From an uncultured delta proteobacterium (GTDB taxonomy: Bacteria > Desulfobacterota > Desulfuromonadia > Desulfuromonadales > DDH964), in the NCBI GenBank assembly GCA_963806685.1, contig CAWDZB010000022.1, forward strand, positions 16,360-80,359: DNA of 64,000 bases, written 5' to 3'. The stretch's first letter is position 1. Each line of letters opens with the position of its first letter. A program made the translations under genes and the position numbers. Positions 20,056-30,881 of the stretch are shown piece after piece. The notes beneath the pieces were generated by a model. It was not told the origin of the DNA and did no database searches. It saw only the letters and a program-made list of their open reading frames with translations.

Positions 20056-22011
20056 TCAGTTGACCGCGACCATTCCCACCCGGTAGCAACGCAGGCAGCG
20101 CTCGGCCTCGCGGACCGCCTGGCTCTCGGGCAGCGCCAGCTCGATCTCCTCGTAGTGCTTGGCCCGTTCCGCCCCCCCCACCTTGGGCTGGTGCTCCCGG
20201 TGCAGGCCGCCGAGAATACCAAGGTTCTCCTTGTCGTCGAAGACCCCGAACTGGTTGACGAGGTCCTCCATGGCGTCCTCCTGGTCGAGGTAGGCCTTGC
20301 CTTTGGTGAGCCAACGGTGCATGACCCGGGCGGCGCGGCGGCCGTGACCGACGGCGACGACCACGGTCATCGCCCCGTATTCGCAGTCGCCGCCGGCGAA
20401 GACTCCCTCGCAGTCGGTCATCATCGTCCCGCCGTGGGTGACGATGCTGTTCCAGCGGGTCTGCTTGATGCCGAAATCCTCCTCCCCCAGGTAGCCGAGG
20501 TCGGGATCCTGGCCGATGGCCGGGATGACCATGTCGCAGGGGATAATGTACTCGCTCCCCGGCTTCGGTGCCGGCCGGCGGCGCCCCGATTCGTCCGGTT
20601 CGCCGAGCTCCATCACCACCACCTCGACGCCGACGACCTTGCCGTTCTCGGCGATCAGCCGGGTCGGGTTGCGCAGGAATTCGAACTGGACCCCCTCCTC
20701 CTCGGCGTCATCGACCTCATAGGATTCGGCCGGCATCTCCTTGCGGGTCCGGCGGTAGACCAGGATCGAATCCTCGCAGCCCTCGCGCAGGGCGACGCGG
20801 ACGCAGTCGATGGCGGTGTTGCCGCCGCCGACGACGATCACCCGCTTGCCGGTTTCGATCGGCTGGCCCAGGGCCACCGCCCGCAGGTAATTGATGCCGC
20901 CGGTGGAAAAGCCCTCGTAGCCGGCGTCCTCCCCCTCGACCCCCATCGGCTTCGACTTGAAGGCGCCGGTGCCGAGGAAGACCGCGTCGTACTGCTCCTT
21001 GAGTTCCTTGAGGGAGACATCGCGGCCGAGCTTGGTATTGTACTTGATGGTGCCGCCGAGGCTGGTGATGATCTCCACGTCACGGCGCAGCAGGTGGCGC
21101 GGCATGCGGTAGTCGGGAATGCCGACGGCGACCGTCCCCCCCGGTTCGGGGAGCATCTCGAGGATCTCCACCTGGTAACCTTCGAGGAGCAGGTAGTAGG
21201 CGCAGGAGAGCCCCGCGGGACCGGCGCCGACCACGCAGATCTTCTTGTCAAGGCGGGCTTTGGCAACCATCGGCGGCTGCTTGCGGTGCATCCATTCGTG
21301 GTCGGAAGGGACGCGCTTCAACACCATGATGCTGATCGGTTCGTCGACCAGCGCCCGCCGGCAGGCCTTTTCGCAGGGATGCGGGCAGACCCGGCCGCAG
21401 ACCGCCGGGATCGGCATGTTGCGGCGGATCACGTCGAGGGACTCGTCGAAGCGGTATTCCTTGATCTCCTCGATGTAGGCGGGGATGTCGATGTGGGCGG
21501 GGCAGCGGTCCATGCAGGGCGCGGTGAGCTTTTCGCGGTAAGACTTGGCCGGTTTCGGCTTGCGCTGGCCGGCGATATAGTCGAGAAAGTCCTGGCGAAA
21601 GTGCTTGACGGCGTCGAAGACCGGCACCGCCGAGGTCATGCACAGGGTGCACTTGCAGGTTTCCAGCAGGGCAGCCAACTCCCCGATGATCTCCAGGTCA
21701 CGCTCCTCGCCATGGCCGGCGACAATCCGCGCCAGGGTGTCCTGCAGCACCCGCGTCCCCTTCTTGCCCGGGGTACACTTGGCGCAACAGTATTTCTCCT
21801 GAACCCGCTTCATGTATTCGGCGGTCATCGCCACTACGTCGGTATCGCGGTCCATCAGCACGATGCCGTCCCAACCCATGAAGGCGCCGATCTTGCCCTC
21901 GTCGAGATAGTTCTCGGCAAGCTTGAGTTTCAGTGACGCCAGATCGGCCTCGCCCCCTTGGCGATTGTCGACGATCTTGCGTCCCCAGCTGGAAAAAACG
22001 ACCTGAGCCAA
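20056..22011 (-). CDS. sfrB: NADPH oxidoreductase beta subunit (GltD-like FAD/Fe-S protein with N-terminal NuoF-like Cys cluster)
   Basis: MAQVVFSSWGR N-terminus, CCAKCTPG, APCMDRCP, CGRVCPHPCE, GAGPAG, GGGNTAIDC, EAERCLRC. Confidence 0.87.
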   Translation of the reverse strand: MAQVVFSSWGRKIVDNRQGGEADLASLKLKLAENYLDEGKIGAFMGWDGIVLMDRDTDVVAMTAEYMKRVQEKYCCAKCTPGKKGTRVLQDTLARIVAGHGEERDLEIIGELAALLETCKCTLCMTSAVPVFDAVKHFRQDFLDYIAGQRKPKPAKSYREKLTAPCMDRCPAHIDIPAYIEEIKEYRFDESLDVIRRNMPIPAVCGRVCPHPCEKACRRALVDEPISIMVLKRVPSDHEWMHRKQPPMVAKARLDKKICVVGAGPAGLSCAYYLLLEGYQVEILEMLPEPGGTVAVGIPDYRMPRHLLRRDVEIITSLGGTIKYNTKLGRDVSLKELKEQYDAVFLGTGAFKSKPMGVEGEDAGYEGFSTGGINYLRAVALGQPIETGKRVIVVGGGNTAIDCVRVALREGCEDSILVYRRTRKEMPAESYEVDDAEEEGVQFEFLRNPTRLIAENGKVVGVEVVVMELGEPDESGRRRPAPKPGSEYIIPCDMVIPAIGQDPDLGYLGEEDFGIKQTRWNSIVTHGGTMMTDCEGVFAGGDCEYGAMTVVVAVGHGRRAARVMHRWLTKGKAYLDQEDAMEDLVNQFGVFDDKENLGILGGLHREHQPKVGGAERAKHYEEIELALPESQAVREAERCLRCYRVGMVAVN

Positions 22012-22122
22012 TGCGACCTCCTGTCTACTCGCGCGCCATCGCCAAAGACGGCGCGGAGAACTCCCGCAAAAGACGGGAGAATCGACCTTTTCCCGCTCTT
22101 TTCTGGCAGTTGCCCGTATCTA

Positions 22123-22139
22123 TTTTGTATACAGTATGC
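22123..22139. promoter_or_regulatory. TGTATACA-containing motif upstream of sfrB, candidate repressor site
   Basis: TTTTGTATACAGTATGC in an otherwise GC-rich context. Confidence 0.5.
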
Positions 22140-22274
22140 AGCTAAATACCATAAAGGAGAAGTGCAAATCAAGGACAAATTTGTCTTCGGAAGGGCCGCC
22201 GGGCTGCTTCCGAGAGGCACCGGTTCGCCCCTTCCCGACCGGAGGGGGGCCAGCACCGGAAAGCGGGACGGGGC

Positions 22275-22691
22275 TCAGGGAAAATCGGGGAAGGGACCGA
22301 CAATCTGCCAGTAGCCCGATTGCCAGCGACCGAGATCGACGTATTGCCAGGTCAGGTGAAGATGGCGGGTCTTGACGGTTAAGGAGGGGAGCAAATAGTA
22401 ATCGATCTCCAGAGTGCTTTCCAGGAGCTGGGGATCGACCTCCTCGCCGGAGTCCGGCCGCACGTCGGTGATATGCAAACCCTCCAGGGCGGCAAAGTGC
22501 TTGCGAAAATCCTGCCGATATTCGGGCTGGAGGTACTGTGCTGCGCCCTGGAAATCGAGCCAGCGCAACCGGTTGGAGAAACGCTCCTCGGCCCGGGAAG
22601 GTTCCGGCCGCGGCACGGCAAACCGGCTGCAGCCACCGAACAGGGCGGCAACCAACAACAGCAGCAGACCCATCTGCAGAACTTTGCGCAT
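22275..22691 (-). CDS. Hypothetical lipoprotein
   Basis: MRKVLQMGLLLLLVAALFGGC lipobox; RBS GGGGAG. Confidence 0.8.
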   Translation of the reverse strand: MRKVLQMGLLLLLVAALFGGCSRFAVPRPEPSRAEERFSNRLRWLDFQGAAQYLQPEYRQDFRKHFAALEGLHITDVRPDSGEEVDPQLLESTLEIDYYLLPSLTVKTRHLHLTWQYVDLGRWQSGYWQIVGPFPDFP

Positions 22692-22784
22692 TTTTCTCCC
22701 CTTTAATCCCTTGCCGCATCTTGCATGTCCATGCGGCTCGGCTAGAATATAGACCTTGCAGAATCCTGCCCCGGGAGTTCGACC

Positions 22785-23042
22785 ATGAAACGGATTGAGA
22801 TCTACACCAATAGCTTCTGCCCCTATTGCAAGCGCGCCAAGGAACTGCTGCACATCAAGGGGGTCGAGTTCGTCGAGTACGACGTCACCAGCGACCCCGC
22901 CAAGGAGCAGGAGATGCGTTCCCGCTCGGGGCGCAGCAGGTTCCCGGAAATCTTCATCGCCGACCGGTTGGTCGGCGGCTGCAGCGAGCTCTTCGACCTG
23001 GACGAAAAGGGCGAACTCGACCGCCTCCTGCGCCTTAGCTGA
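22785..23042 (+). CDS. grxC: Glutaredoxin 3
   Basis: CPYC active site, PEIFI, GGC. Confidence 0.9.
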   Translation: MKRIEIYTNSFCPYCKRAKELLHIKGVEFVEYDVTSDPAKEQEMRSRSGRSRFPEIFIADRLVGGCSELFDLDEKGELDRLLRLS

Positions 23043-24879
23043 ACTCCCCGCGAATCCTTCCCAGCAGCTCCAGCGCCAGTTCCACCCGGCCGAAGGGTGG
23101 CATCAGGTACCAGCCCGCCACCCGGCCGGTTCCCGCGGCGAGCAGCTCGCCGGCAATCGCCATCCCTTCGGCTACTCCTTCGGCGCCGCTCTTGCCGCGC
23201 ATGCGTCGGCGCACCTCCTCCGGCAGCACAATCCCCGGCACCTCGTTGTGCAGGAATTCCGCATTCCGTTCACTGACCAGCGGCAGGACGCCGACCAGCA
23301 CCGGCACCCGGTAGGCGGCGGTGCGCTCCAGCAGCCGGTCGAGAATCGCGGCCGAATAGACCGGCTGGGTCTGCACGAAGCGAGCCCCCGCGGCCAGCTT
23401 CTTCTCCAGGCGCCGCAGCTGGCCGTCAATGTTGGGAAGGTTCTGGTTGAAGGCGGCGCCGAGCAGAAACGCGCTCTGTCCGCCGAGGTCGGCGCCGAGC
23501 AGGTTGCGACCGCTGTTGAGGGCCGAGAGCAGCTCCAGCAGGCCGATGGAGTTGAGGTCGAAGACGCTGGTCGCCCCTGATTCGCCGCCGACCGCGACCG
23601 GGTCACCGGTGACCGCGAGAATGGTGCGGATACCGAGCAGGTGCGCCCCCATCAGCTCGGAATGGAGGCCGATCAGGTTGCGGTCACGGCAGGTGACATG
23701 GACGATCACCTCCACCCCGGCCTGCTCCTGGATTTTCCGGGCCAGGGCGAGGTTGCCCATGCGGATGCGGGCCAGCGGATTCTCAGCGAGGCTGATGGCG
23801 TCGACGCCGGCCGCAGCCAGCTGCCGCGCTCCGTCAAGGATCCTGCCGCAGTCGAAGCCGCGGGGCGGGTCGAGTTCGACGGTGACCACCGGTCCTCCCG
23901 GGCGCCGCTCCAGCCAGCGCCCCTGCGGAGTTGCAGCCGGTGCGGGAGCCACCGTGGCCGGGGCAGGTGCCGGAAGAGGGCGCGGCCGGGGTGCCGGCCG
24001 CAGCCCGGCGAGGGCTGCAGCCAGGGCGGCGATATGCTCCGGCGTGGTGCCGCAGCAGCCGCCGACCAGAGTCGCACCGGCGGCCACCAGGTCGCGGCCG
24101 GCGGCAGCGAAATATTCGGGGGTAGCCAGATAGATGTAGCGCCCGTCGAGGTACTGGGGGAAGCCGGAATTGGGGAACGCCGCCAGCGACAGCGGCGAGA
24201 CCGCCGCCAGGCGTTGCAGCACCTTGCAGAGTTCCCTGGGTCCCGAGCCGCAGTTGGCGCCGAGGGCCGCGGCCCCGGCGGCGGTCAGACGCCGGGCCGC
24301 CTCCTCCGCGGTCACTCCCTCCCGGGTGCGGCCCTGTTCGAGAAAGGCCATCTGCGCCACCGCCGGCAGGCCGACAGCGGCGGCCTCGGCCAGAGCCAGC
24401 TCGAGGTCGCCGAGACCGGCGAAGGTCTCGAGCAGGAACAGGTCGACCCCGGCCTCGGCCAGGGCCAGCATCTGCTGCCGGAAGATCTCCCGCTTCTGGG
24501 TCACCGGCAGCTCGCCGCTCTCCCCGCGGGGGAGAAGCAGCGGACCGATGGAGCCGGCCACCAGCCGCTCCGGCCCGGCAACCTCGCGGGCCAGGCGGGC
24601 GCCGGCGCGGTTGATGTCGACGGTGCGGTGCTCCAGGCCGACGGCCGACAGCCGCAGGGCGTTGGCACCGAAGGTGTTGGTCTCCAGCAGCCCGGCTCCG
24701 GCCTTGGCGTAATCGGCATGAACCTGGCGCACCAGTTCCGGGCGCACCAGGTTGAGATGCTCGAAGTTGGCATCCAGCGGTACCCCGCGGCTGTAGAGCA
24801 GGGTACCCATGGCCCCGTCGCCGATGACGATATCGGTCAGCAGGCGTTCGGGAAGGGGGAGGGATTTTGCTTCGGTCAT
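23035..24879 (-). CDS. Bifunctional homocysteine S-methyltransferase / 5,10-methylenetetrahydrofolate reductase (YitJ-like)
   Basis: DGAMGT, TNTFGAN, GANC, GGCCGTTPEHI, VELDPP, TCRDRN, TGDP. Confidence 0.92.
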   Translation of the reverse strand: MTEAKSLPLPERLLTDIVIGDGAMGTLLYSRGVPLDANFEHLNLVRPELVRQVHADYAKAGAGLLETNTFGANALRLSAVGLEHRTVDINRAGARLAREVAGPERLVAGSIGPLLLPRGESGELPVTQKREIFRQQMLALAEAGVDLFLLETFAGLGDLELALAEAAAVGLPAVAQMAFLEQGRTREGVTAEEAARRLTAAGAAALGANCGSGPRELCKVLQRLAAVSPLSLAAFPNSGFPQYLDGRYIYLATPEYFAAAGRDLVAAGATLVGGCCGTTPEHIAALAAALAGLRPAPRPRPLPAPAPATVAPAPAATPQGRWLERRPGGPVVTVELDPPRGFDCGRILDGARQLAAAGVDAISLAENPLARIRMGNLALARKIQEQAGVEVIVHVTCRDRNLIGLHSELMGAHLLGIRTILAVTGDPVAVGGESGATSVFDLNSIGLLELLSALNSGRNLLGADLGGQSAFLLGAAFNQNLPNIDGQLRRLEKKLAAGARFVQTQPVYSAAILDRLLERTAAYRVPVLVGVLPLVSERNAEFLHNEVPGIVLPEEVRRRMRGKSGAEGVAEGMAIAGELLAAGTGRVAGWYLMPPFGRVELALELLGRIRGEFS

Positions 24880-24987
24880 GCTGGCGCCGGGTCGGAGGTA
24901 AGTAATAACGATACCGCTTTATGCCACATCCAGCCGGAAAGATAAAGCAGCTTCCCGGCCGGCCGCCCGGGGCGGACTCCGCCCCCG

Positions 24988-26229
24988 CTAATCCTGGGCG
25001 CGAAGGATGGCGGTATAGAAGCGGTGGCCGTCGGACTCGGCGACGGAGAGGGAGACTTCCAGAGCGAGCCGGCTGCCATCCCGGCGCCGGCAGAAAATGG
25101 TCCGGATTTCGCTGACCAGCCGCTCGGCGTGGACGGCGAGATAAGCTGCGACATCCTCCCCAGGCGGATCCGGACAATCGTCATGCAGCAGACTGGAGAT
25201 GGAAACGCCGAGGACCTCCCCCTTGCTGTAGCCGAAAATCCGTTCTGCCTGGCGATTGAAGAGGATGATCTGGCCATTGGCGAGGAAGGAGACGATGGCG
25301 TCACGCGCGGTTTCGGTCAACAGGCGGAAGCGCTGCTCCGACTCCTCGAGATGGCGGGTCTTCTCGCCAAGATGGTCGATCATCTCGTTGAAGCCGTCGA
25401 TCAGCCCCCCGATCTCGTCGCGGCTTTTGCGGGAGATTTTCTCCTCGAAGCGGCCGGTGCGGATGATTTCGCCGATGACTCCGCCCAGTTGCGTCAGCGG
25501 CCGGGTGACCGCCAGCCGGGTCAGCAGCCCGAGGCAGGTGACCAGGGCCAGGAAGATGCCGCCGCTGTAGAGGAGTTGCCGGCGCAGGTTGACCACCACC
25601 TGGCGTTCCAGCCGGTCCATGGGGATGGTCACCGAGGCGGCGCCGATCACTTCGCCGATCCGGTAGTTGTAGGCCTGGTCCTTGTCTGGCGGGAAGAGGG
25701 TCTTGATGAACCGGGGAGCGTCCTCGGGGCGGCCGTGGCACTCGAGGCAGCTGGTGTCGGCGGAAAAGGCCTGCAGGTAGCGGAAGACCGGTTCACCGGC
25801 CACCCTGGTGATGGCGTATTCCTCCCGCAACCCCGGCGTGGAGCGGAAGCGCTTCAGCACCGCGGCTTCGTAGGCATCCGGCGCATTCCGTGGGTTGCGG
25901 TAGCGGTCGGAGACCTGGTGAATGCGGTAACCGAGATCGCCGGCGACCAGCTGGCCGATGCGGTTGGAGGCGACCACCGGGATCAGCCCGTAGCGTTCGG
26001 GGGAGAGCTGCACCTGCCCGTCTTTGAGTTGCTCGGAGATGTATTCGCGGGCCCGGATCGCCTCATAGGCGATGATCCGCGACTTCTCTACCGCCTCTTC
26101 GATGGTCACGGCGCGCTGCTGGCGATAATTGATCCAGGCCGAGAGAGCGAAAAAGGCCAGCAGGATGCCAACTATGATCAGGTTGATTTTGGTCAGCAGA
26201 CCGAAGGAACGAAACGGCGTCATCGGCAA
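24988..26229 (-). CDS. Membrane sensor: DUF3365-like heme-c domain, HAMP and PAS, with no output domain
   Basis: Two TM segments, RYRNPRNAPD, CLECHG, YNYRIGEVIGAASV, SRDEIG.L...FNEM, PAS ending FYTAILRAQD-stop. Confidence 0.85.
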   Translation of the reverse strand: MPMTPFRSFGLLTKINLIIVGILLAFFALSAWINYRQQRAVTIEEAVEKSRIIAYEAIRAREYISEQLKDGQVQLSPERYGLIPVVASNRIGQLVAGDLGYRIHQVSDRYRNPRNAPDAYEAAVLKRFRSTPGLREEYAITRVAGEPVFRYLQAFSADTSCLECHGRPEDAPRFIKTLFPPDKDQAYNYRIGEVIGAASVTIPMDRLERQVVVNLRRQLLYSGGIFLALVTCLGLLTRLAVTRPLTQLGGVIGEIIRTGRFEEKISRKSRDEIGGLIDGFNEMIDHLGEKTRHLEESEQRFRLLTETARDAIVSFLANGQIILFNRQAERIFGYSKGEVLGVSISSLLHDDCPDPPGEDVAAYLAVHAERLVSEIRTIFCRRRDGSRLALEVSLSVAESDGHRFYTAILRAQD

Positions 26230-26300
26230 TCCATCCTGGCAGGTAAATCAGGGTAAGTCTAGCGGCAAAGGGATGCTTTGCAAGCCGGGCCTTCCGGCCC

Positions 26301-26858
26301 TCAGGCGATCAGCTCGAGGAATTGCTTGAGGATTGCCGCAGTCAGGCCCCAGATCTGGTAACCGTCGATGAGATAGAAATGAACCGGGTGTACCCGGCCG
26401 CGATGCTGCCAGTCCTCGCTGTGAAAGATCGCCGGGTCACGCAGGCGGGCCACCGGCAGCTCGATGACTTCGGCGATTTCCTCGGCGTTGATGCGAAACG
26501 GGTAGGGCCAGGCAAAAGTCCCGACATAAGGGACGACGTGGTAGCCGTGCACCGAGTAGAAATCGTCAAGGCGCCCCAGCAACTCCACGTCGCCGCGGGC
26601 GATGCCCATCTCCTCCTCGGTCTCACGCAGCGCGGTCGCCGCCAGGTCGGGGTCCCCGGGATGGCGGGCGCCGCCGGGAAAGGAGATCTCGCCGCTGTGA
26701 TGTTCGAGGTGATCGGTGCGTCGGGTGAAGAGGATCGTTTCCTCCCCGGCGCGTCGGTAGATGGGAAGCAGGACCGCCGCCGGACGCAGCCGGCCCTTGG
26801 GAATGCGCTGCAGACAGTGACGGGCGAGGATATCGCTGATCCGCCGGAAGCCGGGCAT
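26301..26858 (-). CDS. Nudix CoA pyrophosphatase (NudL-like)
   Basis: AAVLLP, HSGEISFPGG, ALRETEEEMG, IWGLTA. Confidence 0.9.
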   Translation of the reverse strand: MPGFRRISDILARHCLQRIPKGRLRPAAVLLPIYRRAGEETILFTRRTDHLEHHSGEISFPGGARHPGDPDLAATALRETEEEMGIARGDVELLGRLDDFYSVHGYHVVPYVGTFAWPYPFRINAEEIAEVIELPVARLRDPAIFHSEDWQHRGRVHPVHFYLIDGYQIWGLTAAILKQFLELIA

Positions 26859-27517
26859 CAGGCCTTGAGAGAGACCGCGGCGCTGCGCAGTTCGGCGATG
26901 GTTGCGGCGTAGTCGGCGGTGTTGAAGACCGCGCTGCCGGCGACGAAGACGTCGGCCCCGGCACGGGCAATGAGGCCGATGTTGTCGGTTTTGACACCGC
27001 CGTCAACCTCCAGTTCCACCTTCAGCCCACGTCGGTCGATCTCGCGGCGCAGTTGGTCGATCTTGGTCAGCGCCGAGGGGATAAAACTCTGGCCGCCGAA
27101 ACCGGGGTTGACGCTCATCACCAGCACCAGGTCGAGGTCGTCGAGGATCATCTCCAGGGTCGCGGCCGGCGTCGCCGGATTGATCGACACCCCCGCCCGC
27201 TTGCCGCAGCCCTTGATCAACTGCACGGTGCGGTGGAGATGGATGCAGGCTTCCTGGTGAACGGTAATGATGTCCGCCCCGGCCTCGGCAAACGCCGGGA
27301 TGTAGAGGTCGGGGTTCTCGATCATCAGGTGTACGTCCAGCGGCAGGTCCGTGACCTTGCGCAGTGCGACGACCACCGGCGGACCGATGGTCAGGTTGGG
27401 GACGAAGTGGCCGTCCATGACGTCGACGTGGACATAATCGGCGCTGGCAATGGCGCGCACCTCTTCCCCGAGGCGGGCGAAGTCGGCGGAGAGGATCGAG
27501 GGGGCGATCTTGATCAT
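26858..27517 (-). CDS. rpe: Ribulose-phosphate 3-epimerase
   Basis: [42 protein letters not shown]. Confidence 0.98.
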   Translation of the reverse strand: MIKIAPSILSADFARLGEEVRAIASADYVHVDVMDGHFVPNLTIGPPVVVALRKVTDLPLDVHLMIENPDLYIPAFAEAGADIITVHQEACIHLHRTVQLIKGCGKRAGVSINPATPAATLEMILDDLDLVLVMSVNPGFGGQSFIPSALTKIDQLRREIDRRGLKVELEVDGGVKTDNIGLIARAGADVFVAGSAVFNTADYAATIAELRSAAVSLKA

Positions 27518-27624
27518 GACAGGCTCCCGGGAGGCTGATGGCAGAATCGGTCCAGCAGATATAGCAGATTTTGAAGGGCAGGGACCAGAAAAACCGCAGG
27601 ACCTGTTTCGCCCCTGCCGGACTA

Positions 27625-28974
27625 TTACGCTCTGCGCCGCAGCCGCACCGCCCAGAAGGCGTCCATGCCGCCGTGGCGATGTGGCAGGGTGCGCAGCGCA
27701 CCGGTTTCGTCGCAGAGCGGCGCCCAGTGGGGCGGCAGCAGCGGGCGCAAATCCTCACGGGCGAACTCGCCGCGGGTGGCGAGAAAGGCCGTTACCACCC
27801 CCTCGGTCTCCTCGGGAGTCTGAGTGCAAACCGAGTAGACCAGCCGGCCGCCAGGCTTGACCAGGGTGGCCGCACTGGCCAGGATCGCCTGCTGCAACCG
27901 GGCCAGCCGCTGCGGATCGTCAGCGGTGCGCCGCCAGCGCAGCTCCGGGTTGCGGCGCAGCACCCCGAGGCCGCTGCAGGGCGCGTCGACCAACACCCCG
28001 TCGAAACTTGCCGGGGGGAGAAAATCAGGGACGCCGGTCATGTCCCAGGCGCGGACGCTGATCCCCCGGCAGCCGAGGCGCTCGGCGCCGGCAGCCACCA
28101 GGGCGGCCCGCTGTGGATGGAGATCGAGGGCGAGAATCTCCGCGCGGTTCTGCGCCAGGGCGGCGAGCTGGGTGGTTTTGCCCCCCGGTGCGGCGCAGGC
28201 ATCGAGCAGCCGCTCGCCAGGCTGGGGCGTTAGCAGATGGGGGATGAGCATGCTCGCCTCGTCCTGGACCTGAAAGAGCCCCTCCTCTTCACCGGGCAGA
28301 GGCACCGGGGCACGGTGCACCAGGACGATTCCTTCCGGGGCAAAGGCGGTAGGGACTACCTCGTGGCCGGCGGCGGCGTAGGCGGTCAGCAGTCCGTCGC
28401 GATCGGTGCGCAGAGTGTTGGTGCGCAAGGTGAAGGGAGCCGGCTGCTGGAGCGCGGCGGCCAGCGCCAGCGCTTCTGCAGCGCCGAGCTCGGCGAGCCA
28501 GCGCCTTGCCAGCCAGGCTGGCAGGGAGAGGCCCTGCGCGAGGTGTGCGGCCGGGGCCTGGACGGGATCGGGCCAGGGAATTGTCGTTCGGCCCCGGTCG
28601 AGGCTGCGCAGCACCCCGTTGATGAAGCCGGCAGCACGCTGGAGACCGAGCCCCTTGGCCAGCTCGACGGTGGCGTGGACGGCCGCCCGCGCCGGCACCC
28701 GGTCGAGCTCCAGCAGCTGGTAGGCGCCGAGCCGCAGCAGCCGCAGCACTGCCGGTTCAAGCTTAGCCAGCGGCTGTTTGCAGAAGCGGGTCAGGGCGAA
28801 ATCGAGCCGTCCGCGCCGGCGCAGCACCCCGTAGACCATTTCGGTGGCCAGGGCCCGCTCGCGGACCTCGTCCAGACGGTCGAGGGCTGCGGCGAGGGTC
28901 AGGTCCGCATAGGCCCCCTCGTCGACCCGGGTCAGGACCTCAAAGGCGATTCGGCGGGCATCAACTCTGGCCAC
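27625..28974 (-). CDS. rsmB: 16S rRNA m5C967 methyltransferase
   Basis: NusB-like N-terminus, [26 protein letters not shown]. Confidence 0.95.
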   Translation of the reverse strand: MARVDARRIAFEVLTRVDEGAYADLTLAAALDRLDEVRERALATEMVYGVLRRRGRLDFALTRFCKQPLAKLEPAVLRLLRLGAYQLLELDRVPARAAVHATVELAKGLGLQRAAGFINGVLRSLDRGRTTIPWPDPVQAPAAHLAQGLSLPAWLARRWLAELGAAEALALAAALQQPAPFTLRTNTLRTDRDGLLTAYAAAGHEVVPTAFAPEGIVLVHRAPVPLPGEEEGLFQVQDEASMLIPHLLTPQPGERLLDACAAPGGKTTQLAALAQNRAEILALDLHPQRAALVAAGAERLGCRGISVRAWDMTGVPDFLPPASFDGVLVDAPCSGLGVLRRNPELRWRRTADDPQRLARLQQAILASAATLVKPGGRLVYSVCTQTPEETEGVVTAFLATRGEFAREDLRPLLPPHWAPLCDETGALRTLPHRHGGMDAFWAVRLRRRA

Positions 28975-29089
28975 GTGGTGGAATCCTCATGGGTGTGCCG
29001 TTCGCAAATAGAGCCCCAGGGACAGGCAGTCGAAGGCCCCGCTGCGGTTCCGGCTTGTGCCGCCGGCCGCCTCGGGGCCTCTCGCGGGA

Positions 29090-29166
29090 CCCGAGTCCCG
29101 AGTCCCGAGTCCCGAGTCCCTGAACCTTGAACCTTGAACCTTGAACCTTGGACCCTGGACCCTGGA
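29090..29166. repeat. Tandem array of 11 in-register heptamers
   Basis: (CCCGAGT)4 CCCTGAA (CCTTGAA)3 CCTTGGA (CCCTGGA)2, right after the htpX stop. Confidence 0.95.
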
Positions 29167-29172
29167 CCTGCT

Positions 29173-30003
29173 TTAAATGACTGTCATGCTCTCCAGGCGA
29201 CGGATGCGTTCTTCCACCGGCGGGTGGGTGGAGAAAAGGCCGCGCAGCTTGTCGCCACGCAGCGGGTTGACGATGAACATGTGTGCGGTAGCCGCGTTGA
29301 CCTTGGGCATCGGCGCCCGACTGTTGGCCGCCTCCAGCTTGCGCAGGGCGTTGGCCAGGTCGTGGGGGTTGCCGGAGAGCTTGGCGCCCCCCTTGTCCGC
29401 CTCGTACTCCCGGGAGCGGGAGATCGCCATCTGCACCAGCATGGCGGCGATCGGCGCCAGCACCATCATCAGGATCATCCCCAGCGGGTTGTCGTCGTCG
29501 TCGCGGCCGCCGCCGAAGATCAGCGCCCACTGGGCCATGTTGGCGAGGTAAGCAATGGCTCCGGCGAGGGTCGCGGCCACCGAGCCGATGAGGATGTCGC
29601 GGTGGCGGACATGGGAGAGCTCGTGGGCCATCACACCGCGCAGCTCATTACGGTCGAGGATCTGCAGGATCCCCTCGGTGGCGGCCACCACCGCGTGCTC
29701 GGGGTTGCGGCCGGTGGCAAAGGCGTTGGGAGTCGGCTGCGGGAGGATGTAGACCTTGGGCATCGGCAGGTTGCCGCGCAGCGCCAGTTCCTGGACCACC
29801 TCGTAGAGGGTGCCGCTGGTCACTTCCTTGCCGCGATACATCTTGATCACGACCTTGTCGGAAAACCAGTAGGAGCCGAGGTTCATCACGCCGGCCAGGA
29901 TCAGAGCGAAGAGGGCGCCGCCGCGGCCGCCGATGGCACCACCGGCCAGCACCAGGACCACGGTCAGCACGGTCATCAACAGAATCGTACGCAGGGTATT
30001 CAT
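29173..30003 (-). CDS. htpX: Zinc metalloprotease HtpX
   Basis: [28 protein letters not shown]. Confidence 0.95.
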   Translation of the reverse strand: MNTLRTILLMTVLTVVLVLAGGAIGGRGGALFALILAGVMNLGSYWFSDKVVIKMYRGKEVTSGTLYEVVQELALRGNLPMPKVYILPQPTPNAFATGRNPEHAVVAATEGILQILDRNELRGVMAHELSHVRHRDILIGSVAATLAGAIAYLANMAQWALIFGGGRDDDDNPLGMILMMVLAPIAAMLVQMAISRSREYEADKGGAKLSGNPHDLANALRKLEAANSRAPMPKVNAATAHMFIVNPLRGDKLRGLFSTHPPVEERIRRLESMTVI

Positions 30004-30103
30004 CCAAGACCTCGTTGTCGAAATGTCACACGTTGTTGCGGCCGGCTCGGGCCGCACGATCAATTCCCAATATAGGAAGGGGCTGGGCAAAATGCAAGGG
30101 CGC

Positions 30104-30880
30104 TCAGGCGACAAGGTGTTCGTCGAGGACGGCTTTCACCTCTTCGAGGACGATGCGGGTGTTGAAGCAGGGACCGTTGGGGCGATGGTTGAGGACGCCG
30201 ATCACCGGCAGGGGGTAGGAATCGCGGATGCCCGAGGTCAGATCCCGTTCGCAGGCCACGGCGAGGATGAAGCGCGGCCGCTTCTCGACGATCAGCTTGC
30301 GCGCCAGGGTGCCGCCGGTGGCCACGGCGATGTCGATGCCCCGCTCGCGGGCCAGTTCGGCCAGGCCGCTGATGTCGCAGCGGCCGCAGCGCACGCACTT
30401 CTCCACGTCGCCGGTGATCTTGATGTCGCAGTCGAAGAGCTGGATGCAGTGCGGGAGCAGGATCAGCGCCTTGTCCGGGGTGACACGCAGCTTCTTGGCG
30501 CGCACCAACTGGTTGTTGAGGGCGATGAAGGACTGCTGGAGGGTATCCCGATCGACGCCAACCAGCCGGCCGAGGTTGATGATCCCGGGGAAAAGGTAGC
30601 GAATGACGATCTTGCGCAGCCGTTCGGAGAAGAAGAGGTCGCGACCGGTCAGCAGGGTCAGTACCAGCAGCAGCAGGCCGCCGACGATGAGCAGCGCCAG
30701 CAGGGCCAGTACCGAGCCGAAGAGCACCGGCAGCAGCGGGTGGATGTTGGCCAGGCCGACGCTCGGCACGTACCAGAGCAGGAAGGTGACGACCAGCACC
30801 ACGGCGCAGGCGCCGGCCAGCAGGCCGATGAAGACCCGCTTGCGCGGCTGGTAGGGGGATCGCCCCGGACGGTCGTTCAC
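30104..30880 (-). CDS. DUF116-family protein
   Basis: Two TM segments, [29 protein letters not shown]; typical fmt-rsmB neighbour. Confidence 0.85.
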   Translation of the reverse strand: MNDRPGRSPYQPRKRVFIGLLAGACAVVLVVTFLLWYVPSVGLANIHPLLPVLFGSVLALLALLIVGGLLLLVLTLLTGRDLFFSERLRKIVIRYLFPGIINLGRLVGVDRDTLQQSFIALNNQLVRAKKLRVTPDKALILLPHCIQLFDCDIKITGDVEKCVRCGRCDISGLAELARERGIDIAVATGGTLARKLIVEKRPRFILAVACERDLTSGIRDSYPLPVIGVLNHRPNGPCFNTRIVLEEVKAVLDEHLVA

Positions 30881-30881
30881 C

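Noticed and set aside
17485-21936. 854-aa and 593-aa plus-strand ORFs
   Set aside because: Antisense shadows of sfrA and sfrB.
22785-23042. Selenoprotein check on the glutaredoxin and other redox genes
   Set aside because: Active sites use Cys codons; no in-frame TGA with continuing homology was noticed.
29090-29166. Possible CRISPR array
   Set aside because: Contiguous 7-mers with no spacers and no cas genes.
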